Shown in pieces: positions 62,344 to 64,000 of a DNA stretch of 64,000 nucleotides (its first letter is position 1; each line of letters starts with the position of its first letter). The position numbers and the translations under genes are program-made. The notes below the pieces were generated by a model, which was not told the DNA's origin, did not search any database, and worked only from the letters and a program-made list of their open reading frames with translations. The stretch is from an uncultured Gammaproteobacteria bacterium (GTDB lineage: Bacteria; Pseudomonadota; Gammaproteobacteria; Burkholderiales; Usitatibacteraceae), in assembly GCA_963783635.1 (NCBI GenBank), contig CAWAOC010000002.1, forward strand, positions 28,920-92,919. Reading direction: 5' to 3'.

Positions 62344-63846
62344 CTATCCGGCCTTTTGCCGGTTCAGGCGCAGCATCAATCCCGCGGCGAGGATGGCGGC
62401 GGTGGCGCCGAGTATCCACAGCGACGTCGGCCGCTCGAGGAAGATCCCGAGCGACCCGCGCGAGATGGTGAGCGTCTGGCGCAGCGACTGCTCCGCCAGG
62501 GGTCCCAGGACGAGCGCCAGCACCAGCGCCGCGGGCGAATAGCCATAGAGCTTCATGAAGAATCCCACGAGGCCGGCGACGAACATCAGCCCGGTCTCGA
62601 TGAGGCTGCCGTTCACGCTGTAGGTGCCGATGGTGCAGATGAGGATCACCGCCGGCGCGAGGATCCGGTAGGGCACCTTGATCATCTGCACGAACAGCGG
62701 GATGGCGAAGACGTTGAGCGCGAGCAGCGCCATGTTGCCCAGGTACATGCTGGCGATGAGGCCCCAGGCGAACTCGGGCTTCTGCGTCATGAGCAGCGGG
62801 CCCGGCGTCAGTCCCCACATGAGGAACGCGGCGAGCAGCACGGCGGTCGAGGCCGAGCCGGGGAGGCCGAGGGAGAGGAGCGGCACCATCGCGCCCGACG
62901 AGGCCGCGTTGTTGGCCGCCTCCGGCCCGGCCAGGCCCTCCATCGCGCCCTTGCCGAATCGCTCCGGCGTGCGGGACACGGATTTCTCGAGCGTGTACGA
63001 CATGAACGCCGCGATCGTCGCGCCCGCGCCCGGGATGACGCCGATGAAGAAACCCAGCATCGAGCCGCGGAGGATGGCGAACTTGGAAATGGCGTAATCG
63101 CGCCGCTCCGGCCAGAAGCGCTTCTCGTTCTGGTACTGGACGATGCCGCCGGCCCCCGAGAGGTGCTGCCCCCGGTAGAAGGCGTAGTAGAGCTCGCCGA
63201 GGCCGAACAGCCCGATGGCGATCGGGATGAAGTCGATGCCGCCGATCATCTCGGCCGACTGGAACGTGAAGCGCGTCTGGCCGGTTTCGAGGTCGACGCC
63301 GACGGTGCCGAGCGCGAAGCCGATCAGCGCCGAAATCACGCCATAGCGCCAGTTGCCGCCGATCATGACGATGAGCGTCATCAGCCCCATCATGACCAGC
63401 AGGAAGAACTCGGGGGGGCCGAAGCTGCGCGTCACCAGGGCGAAGAGCGGCGCGAGGACCGTGATCAGGATGACGCCGATGGTGCCGCCGATGAACGAGG
63501 CGACCGCCTGCATGACGAGCGCCGGTCCGGCGCGGCCCTGCTGGGCGAGGGGATAGCCGTCGAAGGTGCTCGCGACGGAGGCGGACTCGCCCGGCGTATT
63601 GAGCAGGATCGAGGTGATCGTCCCGCCGTACATCGAGCCGTAGTAGATGGCCGAGAGCATGATCACGGCGCCGGTCGGATCCATGCCGAAGGTGATGGGC
63701 AGCAGGATCGAGATTCCGGCCGAGGGGCCGAAGCCGGGGATGATGCCCACGACCATGCCGAGCATGACGCCGATGAAGAGGAGGCCGAGGTTGACCGGTG
63801 TTATGGCGACCGACAGCCCGAGCAGCAGGTTGGCGAAGATGTCCAT
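62344..63846 (-). CDS. tctA: Tripartite tricarboxylate transporter large permease TctA
   Basis: Intact ORF. The likely start is MDIFANLLLGL at 63846, directly after the tctB stop. The ORF-track start at 63894 is the alternative. Confidence 0.9.
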   Translation of the reverse strand: MDIFANLLLGLSVAITPVNLGLLFIGVMLGMVVGIIPGFGPSAGISILLPITFGMDPTGAVIMLSAIYYGSMYGGTITSILLNTPGESASVASTFDGYPLAQQGRAGPALVMQAVASFIGGTIGVILITVLAPLFALVTRSFGPPEFFLLVMMGLMTLIVMIGGNWRYGVISALIGFALGTVGVDLETGQTRFTFQSAEMIGGIDFIPIAIGLFGLGELYYAFYRGQHLSGAGGIVQYQNEKRFWPERRDYAISKFAILRGSMLGFFIGVIPGAGATIAAFMSYTLEKSVSRTPERFGKGAMEGLAGPEAANNAASSGAMVPLLSLGLPGSASTAVLLAAFLMWGLTPGPLLMTQKPEFAWGLIASMYLGNMALLALNVFAIPLFVQMIKVPYRILAPAVILICTIGTYSVNGSLIETGLMFVAGLVGFFMKLYGYSPAALVLALVLGPLAEQSLRQTLTISRGSLGIFLERPTSLWILGATAAILAAGLMLRLNRQKAG

Positions 63847-64000
63847 CAGAACGGGAGCGGCAGCAGGCCGCGCGGCATCGAGGCCCTGAGCCACACGTCG
63901 AAGACCAGGTAGATGCCGAGCGGCATGAGAACGGCGATGAGCGCGTTCTGCAGCGGCCGCCCGCGGTTGAGGATCCAGAGCGAGGCCGCCATGAAGACCA
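63847..64000 (-). CDS. tctB: TctB-family small permease, 3' part (5' end outside window)
   Basis: My translation of the minus strand is ...VFMAASLWILNRGRPLQNALIAVLMPLGIYLVFDVWLRASMPRGLLPLPF*. The stop is at 63849..63847. This ORF is not in the ORF track because it is open at the window edge. Confidence 0.6.

Overview
This is a 64-kb, very G+C-rich (about 70% by eye, not computed) proteobacterial chromosome segment. Bug/TctABC genes and overall protein content suggest a Betaproteobacterium, Burkholderiales-like (inference only).

I see about 55 genes or gene remnants. There is no rRNA, tRNA, CRISPR, transposase, integrase or phage gene, so this reads as core DNA rather than an island.

Gene content in order:
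- Sugar-acid catabolic cluster: UxaA-type dehydratase, 2-hydroxyacid dehydrogenase, TctC-type binding protein, HpcH aldolase.
- BaiN-like flavoprotein, then a CBS + HPP pair.
- PadR regulator translationally coupled to an octaheme c-type cytochrome.
- DUF349 protein, spermidine-synthase-like methyltransferase, Na+/H+ antiporter.
- groES-groEL with a perfect CIRCE operator.
- DUF3365 haem protein, degenerate GGDEF protein, bioA, dacB, TPP-dependent keto-acid decarboxylase.
- O2-independent ubiquinone genes ubiU-ubiV flanked by two SCP2 (UbiT-like) genes.
- Membrane protein, THUMP methyltransferase, hemJ, DsbD-family reductase, thioredoxin-fold protein.
- Truncated qNor (norB) remnant next to nsrR.
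- ABC-2 exporter, hydrolase, 2Fe-2S ferredoxin, VanZ, gamma-carbonic anhydrase.
- An 8.7-kb minus-strand string holding two LytS-like kinases, two LytTR regulators, tiny hydrophobic ORFs, an acyl-CoA dehydrogenase and an acyl-CoA ligase.
- SSS symporter, CUT1-type ABC sugar importer, three secreted or hypothetical proteins, ubiB, msrA, class II RNR nrdJ, DUF3297, a type IV pilin and tctBA.

Two things stand out:
1. Two paralogous promoter-like regions carry direct repeats at 21-bp phasing, which is LytTR-operator geometry. Each sits in front of tiny membrane-peptide ORFs inside the kinase/regulator string. One of the two-component systems is split by fatty-acyl-CoA enzymes.
2. A very large number of genes are interrupted by 1-bp indels, while some long genes (groEL, nrdJ, tctA, ACAD) are intact. 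This means either a poor consensus or genuine gene decay. Genes whose frame is broken are typed 'pseudogene' below for that reason only.

Several families of perfect palindromic REP-like elements and FNR-like boxes are also present.
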